Notes: a model not told the origin generated them from the sequence alone. Positions 13,767 to 27,189 are shown, counted from the stretch's first letter. The stretch is 64,000 bases of DNA from Octopus sinensis (GCF_006345805.1 NC_043006.1:41168001-41232000); one strand, 5' to 3'. Translations and numbers: made by a program.

Positions 13767-14124
13767 AATGCAATAAATAAAAAATAATAATCGAATAAAT
13801 GTATTTATCTTAACTTATATTAATTATCAAATAAATGTATAAAAAAATACATGTATTAACTATGAATAATCGAAAAGCATTTAGCAATATTTCTAAAAAA
13901 TAAAAATATAACTAAAAATTTAAACGTAAAACGTATGACTTAGCGTATATAAGATAGATATGGCATTAAAATATATTTTCACGCCATATAATCGATTATA
14001 GGGATGAATATTTTACAGAAAATTCTTCTCTTAAAATAAAGCATGAAGAATCAGTGTCATAATGTGCGGTAAGGCGAACATCGTGAAGTACATACGACAG
14101 CGTCTACATTGACTCTGCCTAAAG

Positions 14125-14524
14125 CAGTGCTTCTCAGCAAAGCGCCATGTGCCTCCTGGGTCAACCTAAGATTGGGGCGGGGGTGACCATGCAAGCAAAA
14201 TAGAAAATTCGAGATGCAAAGAAGTATTCTAAGGGTCCATGAAAACATTTCGCTTTAGATGTATTTATTGCAAGAAACAACAAGATGTCTTCCTCTGTTA
14301 CTTTGCATGGTCCAACATATTTCCGGACACTAAAACATGTTGCCTCAGAGAGTTTGAGAATCCTATTGCAAACCTATACATGTGAAGGTGTGAAAAATTA
14401 AATAGAAGTTTTAAAAGCAGTTTCTAGAAGGTAGGTTTTTAAACACCGAATGGCTATTCGGGTTCCACCAGAATAAAACAGTGATCAAAGAGGACCATAG
14501 ATATAAAACGGTTGGGAACTACTG
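14125..14524. mobile_element. Non-autonomous hAT (Charlie-like) MITE, 400 bp
   Basis: Termini cagtgcttctca / tgggaactactg; flanking 8-mers gcctaaag / ttctaaag (6/8 identical), consistent with an 8-bp hAT TSD. Confidence 0.6.
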
Positions 14525-15281
14525 TTCTAAAGTTTTCCATGTCGCACGAACTTCGGTTGGTCCATTGGTGGGTAGTGGTTTAGCATGCCCGAACACTGTG
14601 CCACGTTGTTGGGGAAGTAGGAGGGAAGCGCAAAGCGGTGTTTGTGATTAGTCAATATATCCGAATCGGTCGAATAGCCAAATTATTCATTGCCATAAAG
14701 GGGTTCACCATGCATTTACATCAAACATATTGCAATACACACATGCGGACACACACACACGGACACACACATAGACACACACACACACATACACACGCGC
14801 GCACAAAGAAATACAAACACACACACATGTACAAAAATTAACACACACACAAATAGAATACACGCACACAAAATACACACGCACAAACGCATACAAATTT
14901 ACGCAGGCAAGCGTACGAAAGGAAATACATACAAGGAGGTATATAAACATACACATATAAAAATACATATATACATAATAGAATCATGCATAGAAATCAT
15001 ATCCAGAACATTGCATCTGATTGAAGATGGCATATTGCATTATGGAATACGTTTCATGTTGCAAAATGGACTTCACAGCAATGGTTTATGGAATATTAAC
15101 ACAAAATTGTTGAAAACAAAAAAAGAAATGCGGTATAAGAAAACTAAGGGGTTAGATAAGGCGACTCTATGCGCCTCGTGAATAGATATTGGACTTCAGC
15201 GCATCTGAGTATTGTGTCCAAAGACACTCACTGTTATACACAGAATCGCAGGCATATAACCATACACTGTCGATGAGAGAA

Positions 15282-15318
<37 letters not shown>

Positions 15319-15491
15319 AAGTGAAAGAGAGAGAAGGTAAAAGTGAGAGAAAGAGCGGGAGAGACAGAGACAGAGAAAGGGGGACATGCACAAAGCGACA
15401 AAAGTACATCAATTGAAGTAAAGCTCATAAACACTAGCGCAGTTTATCTGTATGTATGGATGCATGTATGCATAACTGTATGGCCGCATGT

Positions 15492-15527
<36 letters not shown>

Positions 15528-15535
<8 letters not shown>

Positions 15536-15820
15536 ATCACGTGACCGACCAGATGTAGTTACAGCTGGTCACAATGCGTTCGCATTGTTTTAGCCTTCGA
15601 ATGACGCCACCCCGCTGGCTAAGCGAGCAGGCCAACAGAAGAAAGAGTGAGAAAAGAGTGGTGAAAGAGTACAGCAGGAATCACCACCCCCTGCCGGAGC
15701 CTCGTGGAGCTTTTAGGTGTTCTCGCTCAATAAACACTCAGAACGCCTGGTCTGGGATCGAAACCGCGATCCTACGACCGCGAGTCCGCTGCCCTAACCA
15801 CTCTGGGCCATTGCGCCTCC
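15528..15820 (-). mobile_element. tRNA(Arg)-like SINE, family D
   Basis: Minus strand head ggaggcgcaatggcccagagtggttagggcagcggactcgcggtcgtaggatcgcggtttcgatcccag (A and B boxes), then a non-tRNA body ending in a TA tract. Confidence 0.8.
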
Positions 15821-15892
15821 ATATATATACATATGTATAGAATATATATATATATATATATATATATAGATATATAATATATATATATATAT

Positions 15893-15943
<51 letters not shown>

Positions 15944-17085
15944 TATATAATATATATATATATATATATATAATAATATAATATATATATATATATATAT
16001 ATATGATATATACGTTATTCACTATTTGTTCCAGTCGAAAGCATATGACCATGATGGGGGCGCAGCCACATACACATACACGTATATATACAAAATATAT
16101 AGGCATATACCTATACTTATATAATGTGTATGTGTTGTGGGTATATATATATCTATATATATATATATGTATAATGGAGAAAGCTGCTTATTAATTAGGT
16201 ATGTAACGATTACTAAAAGTACTAAAAGAAAGCAATATTAAAAGCTTGACGTCTGGAAATATTTTTATGATTTGATGTTCTGAGAAATTTACTAGAATTT
16301 CGATTTCTGAAGTGAATTGAATTTTTTTTAACTCCAAATTCTCGCAAATATAAATATTCATTGCATTCACCGCGTTCAATTCTTGATAAATTTAAATATT
16401 CATTGCATTCACTGCGGAGTAGATTTTAATGTTTGATAATAAACATTAATTATTCGTTGCAGGCAACGTTTTGTTTTTTTATTTGCAACTGTCACTCCTT
16501 CTCGCTCGCCTTTATTTTCATTAATGATAATTTAACAATAGCTATATAACTTTGGTACAAGACACAGTTTCAAGCGTATAATCCCTTTCCGGATTTTGTT
16601 AAATGAATATTTTTGATAAAATGAAAATTATTTAATATACAGGTATAATTTCTTTTTAAATGAAGTAATTTTGTTGGCATGATTCTTTAAAGTAAAGAAC
16701 AGTAACAACGTCCCTTTCAGGACAGCCATATTATGTTGGCAAATAACCTTTACTTTAAAGAACTGTTTCTGAATGTCTGTCTCTGAGAGATTTAGAAATA
16801 ATAATATTTAATTTTTTTAAAAATCAGTGACTGTATGTCACTTTGAAATCTATATATTTGAACCGTGAATTCGGCAACACTCTTTGGTCAAGCAGCTATT
16901 CTGTTTTGATACGGGGTAATAACCCTGAAACTAGCTGATGACGGGTTACTAGTCAGAAACCCGGATCCGTGTGTATCACATCAAGCTGGAGATGGGAAAG
17001 ATGACTTCTCTTTGCAAATACTGATAGGACACAGATAGTGTGTCAATAGCTAGCTGGAGGAGATGTCTTCCTGGGGCTACAAGCT

Positions 17086-17188
17086 ACAGTAGCATCAACT
17101 CTTAAGGGTTAACCACATTTAGGTGGCAAATATACTTCACGATGTCGCGTGGCTACTGTTTATGCCTCGCTCAGAGATTTGTTATTGC
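17086..17188. repeat. Short structured dispersed repeat (family G, copy 1)
   Basis: Shares acagtagcatc...ccacatttaggtggcaaatatactt.acgat...gctactgttta...tcagagattt with 23075-23178. Confidence 0.8.
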
Positions 17189-17622
17189 CAATTACATAAT
17201 ATATATATATAGACACATAAACACAAATTTCTATAGGTATGTATAAATATATATGTGTGTGTGTATGTGAGTTTGCGCACGTGTGTGTACATGTAAGTGC
17301 GTGTACATATAGATGCAGACATTCATAGATACATGCATACGTACACACACATATACACACACACTTGTATATGCACATATGTGTGTGTGTGTGTGTGTAT
17401 ACATGTATATGCAAAGACAAACATACTCTTACGCATACATACACAATCATACGAACACAGAAATACTGACAGTCCTGAAATTGTTGACAGCTGACGTGTG
17501 GTGTCAGTTTTGATATTTACCCAAGAGGTTAACTTTGTTTTGTAAGTAGGCTTTGAATGTGACCAGCGTAACTGTAGATTTCTAAAGCGCAGTAGCACGC
17601 GATATGTTACGCGATATACACA

Positions 17623-19103
17623 CACTAAACCGCAAAAGAAACTAGACACGCGTGTGACTGTGAAATATGTTTCAGTTTCATTATGTCAGAGATAAATTTT
17701 GATAAATCTGATAAAGTCAGTTTCTAAGATGCACTTTGACCACAGTTTATGGGTCGTTGTCATGTGTTCTGGCTGGTAGTGGGCGGATCCAGAATATCAA
17801 GATTGTAGGGTGTGATATGTTCAATACCGTGTATGCCCTCCCTGGGTGTTCAAAACGATCATACACCGTCAGTATATGGAGTGCAGGAGGCGGTTCATAA
17901 AAGCCATTGACACCTGTGCCCACACCCTGAGGAAAGCTGTCTCCAATTCCACAGGAGTTGTCGGCTTTCCGACCGCCTGGTTCATTTGCCTCTAGATTTC
18001 ATCCTACAGGTGTGTTCAGTTGGGTTCAAATCTGGGCTGAGAGTCGGCTACGGGATGGCTCTGATGTTGTGCTAACGCAAGAAGTCCATGGTGACCATGG
18101 CCGTGTGGGAGGGAGTATTGTCTTGCTAGAACACGTGGTTATGGTGACGTGCAAAGAAGAGCACGATGTGAGGTCTTATGACCTGGTCAACGTAGTACTG
18201 CGATGTGATGCCATTCTCTCTGCCTGTACCAAATTTTGGAACACATGGGCCCAATTCTCTGATTCAGAACTATAGAACTCCAAACGCATCTCTCTCCATG
18301 ATACATGCGTCTTTATAGCGTTCATCCCTCATACGCCACCTCACTTTGCCATCCGAGGTGGAAACGCAGTACCGGCTGTTGTCAGAGAAGACTATTGACC
18401 TCCATTGTTGATGTTGTTTATATCGGTGCTGTGTAGCACACTTTTGTCGTGTCTGACGGTGGCGGGCTGCGAGGAAAGGCCCTCGAGCAGGACGACGGCA
18501 ACACAGGCTGTTGGTGACAAAGTCGTACCGTGTCGGCGCTAATGGATCGCTGTCCAGTGCCAATGGTCTCGCGAGCTCTCACGCTGGCCGGTCTGAAGCG
18601 AACACGGTGGTGTTGCTGGTGGATGAAGTTGGCCTGCCCGGGCGCCCTCTGTGGGCACGGTCTGTAGTGCTGTTGATATTGTATCGCTGTTGCAGGTGAT
18701 AGATATTGCAGACATGGACATTGTAGGCTTTCGCAGCAACCAGGGCACGCTGCCCTGCTTGCAATCTACCGATAGCTTGTTCTCTCTGCGCTGCAGACAA
18801 TCGGTTCATACCTGATGCACCCAAATTACGATTGTCAGGAACACGGTTCAAGTTGATTTTTATACTGATAACCTCCGCGAAATGCATTTGCATTTCGGTT
18901 TTCATGAAAATTGTTTGCGACCGCCATCCACGGCATTCAACGCAGCTGCGTTTTGGCGTCTCGTTTCAGGGAAAGGTGAAAGGTTACCTACAATTTGGGT
19001 CTCAGCCCTAAACCAGCATGTCTTACATCCCCGAAATAAATTTTTAGAATCTACCATATTAAAACGGCATTTGAAAAAATCGCGTTTCTTTTGCGGTTGT
19101 TAA
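17623..19103 (-). mobile_element. Decayed Tc1 element, about 1.48 kb
   Basis: Perfect 15-bp inverted repeat aaccgcaaaagaaac (17628-42) / gtttcttttgcggtt (19084-98) flanks a transposase remnant. Outer ends approximate. Confidence 0.8.
17821..18809 (-). pseudogene. Tc1 (D,D34E) transposase pseudogene
   Basis: MNRLSAAQREQAIGRLQAG (HTH region); WRSIVFSDNSRY (first D); F*QDNTPSH...SPDLNPTEH with 34 residues between D and E; several stops and frameshifts. Confidence 0.9.
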
Positions 19104-19116
19104 AATATGCAGTGCA

Positions 19117-19147
<31 letters not shown>

Positions 19148-19175
19148 ACGGGAGTGTATTTCCAAGCAGGAACAA

Positions 19176-19624
19176 ATATAAGCAAATTTGTTGTTGAAAA
19201 TGTACCTAAATTTGAAAAGCTTGTAATTGTTGAAAATAAATTCATTTACATATATACCAAAGTAGTTTCAACAATACTTTTTGTTTATCGATGGTAAAAA
19301 ACTTAGAATTGTGAATTATAAAAAACACTTTTGAAAGTTTCAATGTTGACAAATTAAAATGTTCATAACAAACAAAATTAGAATTATGAATTAGAAAAAC
19401 ATGTTCAAAGATTTCGATGTTGATAAGTTTAAATGTTCATATGAGCATTTTAATTTGTGAACGTTGAAAATTTAAAGACGATTTTCTAATTCATAATTCT
19501 AAATTTTTACCATTGATAAACAAAAAATATTGTTGAAATTAGTTTGGTATAAAAGCAAATAAATATATTTTAAACAATTACAAGTTTTTCAAATTTAGGT
19601 GTATTTTCAACAATTTGCCTATAT
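19176..19624. mobile_element. Foldback element / MITE with about 190-bp imperfect arms
   Basis: 19182-19367 is the reverse complement of 19440-19618 (e.g. cctaaatttgaaaagcttgtaattg vs caattacaagtttttcaaatttagg); the spacer repeats the ttagaattatgaattagaaaa module. Confidence 0.85.
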
Positions 19625-19625
19625 A

Positions 19626-19658
<33 letters not shown>

Positions 19659-19678
19659 ATATAATAATATACTATATG

Positions 19679-19741
<63 letters not shown>

Positions 19742-19779
19742 TGTATATATATATGTATGTATATATAAATGAAAACACA

Positions 19780-21078
19780 CATCAACAGCTAATAACTCAT
19801 GTAATTTTTTTTTTTTGATATTTCACGATTGAGAAATACTTGAAAGGGGCCAGGCTAAATTTTGGACAGAAGAAATTTGTCCTAAAAAGCTACTGGAAGT
19901 TTGAAAACAGAGTCATAATGCAAACAGTTTAAAAGAAAGTTTCAAACAGATTTACTGAGACGACTTACTCTCATACGATATAAAGATAAATGTAAAGTAG
20001 ACTAAGCTGTTCAGAGTGTCCACATATACACAAAAAAAAAAAATAAAATAAAATACGCTCCGGAAGACAGCAGACATGGACGCGCCCTACAAAGCAAGAA
20101 AGAGTACTGTTGCCAGAGTTCATGAAAGTATATTCAGATTGTCCACGAAAAAACGTTCTGGAAGAAAGCGGACACGGACGAGTTTCACGAAACCAGAAAG
20201 ATACTAGAAACGTATTGTCAGAGTACAAGGAAACATGTCTGGAAACGGAGTCGTGAGACAGGGATATCGTAATTAAACGTCCATTGCATTTCCACCGCTA
20301 TCATTGAAAAGAATCCGGACCGAAGCGTGGAGATTTGTGAGGGATTCTTGACAAGAAGTGTAGCAGATGCAGTCTTTTCAACAAAGACTATTTGGTTTGC
20401 TGAGGTTACATCAAATGGCTCAATTAACCACCACAATTGCACCTACTGGGGGACTGAGAATCCGAATATTGTGGAGGAACATCATGTTGATCGGTCAGAA
20501 TTTACAGTATGGTGCGGCTTATCATCAAAAGAATTGACTGGACAATTCTTCTTTTGACAGTGCTGTGACTAGCAGTATTTACTTGAATTTTTAGCGACAA
20601 TCTGTCATGCCAAGCGTTCAAAAACATTTTAAAGATGAGGAGCTTTACTTCGAGGAAAATACCCTCCCCCACGGTACTTTAGTAACGTAAGGGCTCACCT
20701 TGATGGAAATTTGGCAAACTGGTAGATTGAACGAAAATGATTTGTAGAATAACTTTTGCGTTCACCGGACTTCACAACTAGATATTTGTATGGGCACACA
20801 TAAAAGATAAATATTACGGTATAAAACCGACATAAGTCGACGGATCGAGAGAGGATATTGAACGCCAATGCACATAAGTAACGAACAATGCTTCTTGACG
20901 CTTGCTATTCCATTGCTTTGCATTACCAGCCGTACCTGGACCAGAATGGTTATCAGTTTAAAAGAAGACATTCATAAAATTATGTCTGTAGATTCTATTA
21001 GATTATAAAAATGAAATTTATTTTAATAAACACCGACTGTATAACCCTTCATTGTGTATACACTTTTGAGACATCCTG
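19780..21078 (+). mobile_element. 5'-damaged Tc1/mariner-superfamily element, probably rosa/Visitor (D,D41D) type, with decayed transposase
   Basis: Remnant NGSINHHNCTYWGTENP...VWCGLS...FFF and RSPDF; right terminus acttttgagacatcctg followed by TA. Left TIR not found. Confidence 0.7.
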
Positions 21079-21388
21079 TACAAACTTATTCCTATAAATT
21101 AATATATATACATACGCGAGTCTGAGCGTGAATGTAATTGAAATAAATAAACATCAGATCATGCAAGACTATTTCCGTGCAAGTTTCACTTAAAGTTTTC
21201 AATAAAATTTGAACATAACAGAATTATGTCAATATTAAAGAGCTAAAGTATATTAATATATAAAGTAATGCGAACAATGACACACATGCGAATAGATATA
21301 TATTACACAAAATATATCTAATCCGATGTACTTTCAATGACACTGCATCACATTTTAGTTTAAATCAGGTTGTGTTCTCGAAAGTGCG

Positions 21389-21420
<32 letters not shown>

Positions 21421-21421
21421 C

Positions 21422-21473
<52 letters not shown>

Positions 21474-21489
21474 TATATATACATAATAT

Positions 21490-21543
<54 letters not shown>

Positions 21544-21967
21544 ATATATTACGTATTTTATATATACAAGTATATGTGTGAGTGTGCGTGTGTGTATGTT
21601 ATTCTATCTACACATATTTTCTCTGGTGAAATTATAAACAAGAACATCGACTCTTGTTAGATTCATTGATCCTGCTGTTTCTGGTTTGCGAGGCACACTA
21701 TATCAAAACACCGCTGTCTCAGAATCCCTTGTTACCAACGTATCGAGTCAGTTCATGAATTGATGGTCGTCGTAAAAGGGAAGCTGATGTCCTGTAACGA
21801 ACACAAAAACGATTATCATATTCACGTCGCAATCTGCCGGAACGTATTAAGAATAGATATACAAGTATTCCCTTTGTATCTCACTGCTCACTGCGCCAGG
21901 ACTGAAAGTCACCACGTTTCCTACATAAATACGTCTATGTGGACAATGCGAAAAACTAGGGAATGCT

Positions 21968-22008
21968 TGTATATGCATATTTCAGGAGTTATCATTCCTT
22001 CTTCAGCA
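21968..22008 (-). ncRNA. Hammerhead-like motif (HHR-3) with an intact core and only a 2-bp stem I
   Basis: tg-CTGAAGA-agga-atgataac-tcct-GAA-ATATGCATAT-A-ca; helix III is a perfect 10-nt palindrome. Confidence 0.5.
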
Positions 22009-22600
22009 TTACATCCAACCCATTAACTATTTCCTAACACATTACTTAATTACCAACTAGCTCACACACACACACACATGTACACACACGAAATACACAC
22101 GCACATACACACACATGTACACACGCACATACACTCACACGCGCATACATATATACACACGCACACAATTATACACACACACGCACGCGCAGATGAACCC
22201 ACACATACCTCCCATACACACACAGTACACACTCATACATACACGCACACAGTTATACATACATATAGACACACACATGCACATACAAGCACACACACAC
22301 ACGCACACATACACAGAGTAAAGTACAATTACGCCACACACACAACCCCACACTTACACGCATACCCACACGTACACACACATACATATATATATATACA
22401 CACACCACACACTACATATACATACACGCTCACACACATACTTCAAACTACCAGTACATTTCTACTGACCATTCTCCTACGCACATATGTAGGTAGATAC
22501 ACAACAGGCAACCACTCCTACCAAAATTCTTACTATAAATTCTTCCTATGACCTTAAACGGTACTAAGCCCAACTACATACATACAAAAACAGCCACAAT

Positions 22601-22631
<31 letters not shown>

Positions 22632-23021
22632 TATCATTACACACACAGGCACACGTGCTATCATTACAGACACACAGACCTGCGCGAACGCATATACCCA
22701 CACATACACACACATAGCTCCTTCTCTTGCACTCTCCTGTCTTTGAAAGAACTTTTTCTTCATCCATTCCCTTCCGGTCATTTCGATATGTGTCCGCGTG
22801 TGTACCGTTGGAAATTTTCTTTCTCCGTCTTCCCTTCTTTGGACTTTTTCTATATTTCTGAAACGTGAAATCCTCTTTCTTTTTCTTCCCTTCTTGAGCG
22901 TCCAATAACACTGTACTTATTCCACGTCCTCGCGTTGCTGATTTTCTTTCTTGTTCATGTTTGGATAGACTATATATATATATATATTATATATATATTA
23001 TATATATATATTATAGTGAAA

Positions 23022-23178
23022 TATATTTGCTACCTAAATGTGGCGGGGCAACAGAGGACGATGGCGTTATAAGCAACAGTAGCATCGTCATCTATGGGAC
23101 CGCCACATTTAGGTGGCAAATATACTTAACGATTCCGTGTTGCTACTGTTTACTCCACTCTCAGAGATTTAATATTGC
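23022..23178. repeat. Family G copy 2 with a local inverted duplication
   Basis: 25-bp arms tatatttgctacctaaatgtggcgg / ccgccacatttaggtggcaaatata (1 mismatch) and inner arms agaggacgatg / catcgtcatct. Confidence 0.85.
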
Positions 23179-23502
23179 TTATATATATATATATATATAT
23201 ATGATGTTGAGCGTTCATCTTCACTGTACGATATTTACGTAGATACCAGACGTACAAAAAGTACTTCGGTGGATTTGTACCAATAAAATTCTTCAACGCA
23301 GTGCTGCAGCATCGCTGTAATGTAATGACTGAAGCAAGTAGAAGAACAAAAAATAAAATGACATATATTTACAAAATATACACATATATGTATGTTTATA
23401 TATGTGTGTGTGTATGTCTGTGCTTGTATGTGAGTATTTTTGTGTATGTGTATGCTGTATGTGTGTTTTGAGTGTACATGTATGTGCATGCGTGTATATA
23501 TA

Positions 23503-23549
<47 letters not shown>

Positions 23550-23577
23550 AATGTGTGTGTATGTATATATATATAAC

Positions 23578-23622
<45 letters not shown>

Positions 23623-24163
23623 CACAATATATATATATATATAATATATATATATATATAATATATATAAATATATAGAGATAGAGAGAGAGAGAGTGAG
23701 AGATAGAGAGGAAAAGGAGAGGGAGCCACATGCTCACACTCGCATACCCGTGCGTCTGTGTATTCGAGTATTCACGTGCGTGGCTGTGGGAATGGGAATG
23801 GAAACTGGTTGTGTATTGGAGTGGAGGTATCATCAGACAGTTATATGAAAACGGCATCTAAATGACCAAAATGGTAATATATTCATTAGATTGTTGCGAA
23901 ATATTTTGAATGATATCATATTTTTTGGTACAGTTCCTTCCTTTGTAGTCGTAGCTAGCGATATTTTTGACGCTGGTTAGCTTATTAGAGATTTCATTTT
24001 TTCAGTTTCTTTTTGCGCTCGTATAAAAAATGTTTTTGCTTACAATAAATTTGCTTAGCAAGGCTTTCAGACCTCAATGAATTTATGTATAACGATTTCA
24101 TACGAGCGTGATGAAGCTAAAGGATGTTACACTATGGCATAAACTTTTTCAGATTACATGAGA

Positions 24164-24169
<6 letters not shown>

Positions 24170-24225
<56 letters not shown>

Positions 24226-24340
24226 ATATAATACACACGTACATACATTTATACATATAATACATATATATAATATATATATATATTATATATATATATA
24301 ATATATATATACATATATACACACATATATATATATATAT

Positions 24341-24384
<44 letters not shown>

Positions 24385-24519
24385 TATATATGTATGTATA
24401 TATATATATGTGTGTGTATGTATATATATATATTTATGTGTGTGTGTGTATATATGTATATGTATATAATATATTATATACATAATAAAATGTATATGTG
24501 TGTAAATGTATATATATGT

Positions 24520-24568
<49 letters not shown>

Positions 24569-24706
24569 TATGTATATATATATAGTATATATATACATTT
24601 CAAACATACATTTTTAGGATTGGACATATATGTGTGTATATATATATGCATGTACATATAAGTATGTATATGTATATATACATATATACACACATATATA
24701 TATATG

Positions 24707-24737
<31 letters not shown>

Positions 24738-24815
24738 GTACATATATATATATGTGTGTATATATGTATATATACATATATATACTTATATGTACATGCA
24801 TATATATATACACAC

Positions 24816-24898
<83 letters not shown>

Positions 24899-24999
24899 AT
24901 ATATATATACATATATATATATATACACACATATATGTCCAATCCTAAAATGTATGTTTGAAATGTTATATATATATATATATATATAAATACAAATAT

Positions 25000-25034
<35 letters not shown>

Positions 25035-25040
25035 TATACA
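24170..25040. repeat. Long compound TA/CA microsatellite containing inverted duplications
   Basis: The non-repetitive word caaacatacatttttaggattggacata (about 24601) recurs inverted at about 24935-24960. Confidence 0.9.
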
Positions 25041-25409
25041 GATATGTATACACACATTCTTAGTGTAATATACAGATGTATGCGCTTCTGTCATTCTCTT
25101 TCTGCTCCGTGTTGTTTACTCCTTTGTCTCAGTAAACACAGTCACACACACACACACACACACACACAGAGTCACACACACACACACACCACACACACAC
25201 ACACACACACACGGGGTTATGTATGTATTGAATTCGAGCGTGCGCTTGTGATTACTGTGTATAGGTACGCAGATACAATTGAAGACCTCATGCAATCTCA
25301 AACATATAACCATAGCAATATGAGGAAAAACAACAACATAGAGACTGCAATATTGATAATGACAACAAATAATAATAAAAATAATCCTCTGACCATCAAT
25401 GAGGAAGAA

Positions 25410-25435
25410 GATAATAATGATGATGATGGTGACAG

Positions 25436-25483
<48 letters not shown>

Positions 25484-25800
25484 GGATGATCATGATGATC
25501 ATGATGATGATGTTGATGATTATGGTGATGTTGATGATGATATGATGATGATGATGTTGATGATGAGGATATTTGTGTGGGATGATGATGACGACGACAA
25601 CGCTGACGATGAATACAGTGAAGATGACGATGATACTGCTGCCGCTGCTGATGTTTATGGAAATGATGATGGCGATGATGATGTTGGTAAAGGCGGTGAT
25701 GATGTTGATAGCGGTGATGGTGATGGTGATGATGATGATGATGCTGATGAGGATATTTGTGTGCGATGCTGCTGCTACTACTGATGATGATGTTGATGGT
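25410..25800. repeat. Degenerate (GAT)n microsatellite
   Basis: Directly visible; explains the poly-Asp, poly-Met and poly-Ile ORFs in several frames. Confidence 0.9.
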
Positions 25801-26285
25801 GGCGGTGGTGGTGCTGCTGCTTCTGATGGTGGTAGTAAAGACGGGGATGGCGACGCAGATAAATAGAAAAGAAGTGGTATACGAAGTGAAGAAACAAGAG
25901 GAGCAAAAAAAAAATAGTATAAGAAGAATTGGCTAGATTCATAGATATTTGGTTATAGCGAGAAACTTAATCAAGCGTGTCTACACTTGTGTATCTTCCT
26001 GTTTTGTAAACTTACTTTGTTGAACATAAAATGATGAATACGAAGCAATGAAAGACACTTCAAATTTCGGTCACTATCCATTTTTGGAATAATGCGAAAG
26101 ATCTATTTGTGTTTAACATTTGACGGCGCAACCCGATATATGATATCTGCCACGTTTGTAATGGAGTAAGTCATGAAGTGACTGCCAACAATAATCTTAA
26201 TATCGTTGCCTAAATTATTGATGCCCTGTTTCGATCGGCTTCTGATTTCTGTAGTATGCATCCCACCGCTGCCACAATATAATTA

Positions 26286-26726
26286 TAGGCGTAGGAATTG
26301 CTATATGGTAAGTAGCTTGTTTATGTTTGTGAAAAGATGGAAGATGTGGCTTGCAAGCTGGATATGTTTGGCACTAGGTAAGTATGACGGATCAAGAAGT
26401 AAAAGTTCTACCCAGATGGCTGGGTTCCTTTCCCTTTTACGTAACATTAAATTTGTTAACTTTTATAGAAATTTTTACCTATCATAATGTAAATTTTTAA
26501 AACGTTTTAAAGCAACTTCACCCTATATGTTTGTCTATCCTTGTGTGTCCCCTCTATGTAACGTCTTAATGGCGAATTTTCATGAAATAAAGTAGCTTGC
26601 TTACAAACCATATGGTTCCAGGTTCAGTCCCGCTACGTGGCACCTTGGGCAAGTGTCTTCTACTATAGCCTCCGGCCGACCAAAGCGTTGTCAGTGGATT
26701 TGGTAGACGGAAACTGAAAGAAGCCC
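26286..26726 (+). mobile_element. SINE family A head and body split by a retro-insertion
   Basis: taggcgtaggaattgctatatggtaagtagcttg (26286-26319); resumes aagtagcttgcttacaaaccatatggttcc...gaaagaagccc (26590-26726). Confidence 0.85.
26320..26589 (+). mobile_element. 270-bp insertion with a 10-bp TSD; probable 5'-truncated L1/Tx1-like 3' end
   Basis: aagtagcttg at 26310-19 and 26590-99; begins FVKRW (F-x-x-R-W, typical of L1/Tx1 ORF2 ends); pyrimidine-rich UTR and A-rich end gaaataa. Clade assignment is inferred. Confidence 0.7.
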
Positions 26727-27112
26727 TATGCAGCACTATTGAGAAATCTACAGTTGCTGTATCCAGATTACAAGTTCAGGTTTATACCTGTAATTATTGG
26801 GGACCTGGGATATGTAACACACTGCCTAAATACCAATCTTGAGAAATTAGGTTTCTCAAAACCAGAAAGGAGAAAGTTAATTCGAAGACTACAGATCCAG
26901 TCCATCACTGGAATTGTAGAAATTTGTAAAACTTTCCAGAATTTTATCATTTAAATATGTATGAACATGTCTAGATATGCAACTATACGCATAAGAATAC
27001 ATACATACATATATACATATACACATACAAAAATACCCGTTGTTAATGTTGAAATTCCAATGAAAGAACCTTGGATCTAGGTTTGGCAAGAAATCTTGAA
27101 TTAAACTGAATA
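26727..27112 (+). mobile_element. 3' end of an RLE-type (R4/Dong-like) non-LTR retrotransposon
   Basis: ORF 26739-26954 ...YKFRFIPVIIGDLGYV...LIRRLQIQSITGIVEICKTF matches the PiviGalG...lq...Gt..I C-terminus of RLE elements; homologous to about 52345-52475. Confidence 0.7.
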
Positions 27113-27135
27113 ATACATACATACGTGTATACACA

Positions 27136-27178
<43 letters not shown>

Positions 27179-27189
27179 ACATGTACACA

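Noticed and set aside
15740-15820. tRNA-like sequence (also the heads at 1470, 11058 and 57450-57525)
   Set aside because: No complete cloverleaf or acceptor stem, and each continues into a SINE body; treated as SINE heads.
16683-16762. 15-bp perfect inverted repeat with a 50-nt spacer
   Set aside because: AT-rich, single occurrence, no TSD; too little to call an element.
16920-16965. CTGATGA...GAAAC hammerhead-like words
   Set aside because: Stems I, II and III cannot be formed together in any topology.
21735-21795. Possible 56-nt minus-strand exon (TSASLLRRPSIHELTRYV)
   Set aside because: Weak donor, no recognisable protein, and it lies in a block more likely to be retroelement-derived.
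25044-25784. 246-aa Asp-rich ORF
   Set aside because: Made of (CA)n and (GAT)n repeats, with overlapping poly-Met and poly-Ile frames also open; no domain or splice evidence.
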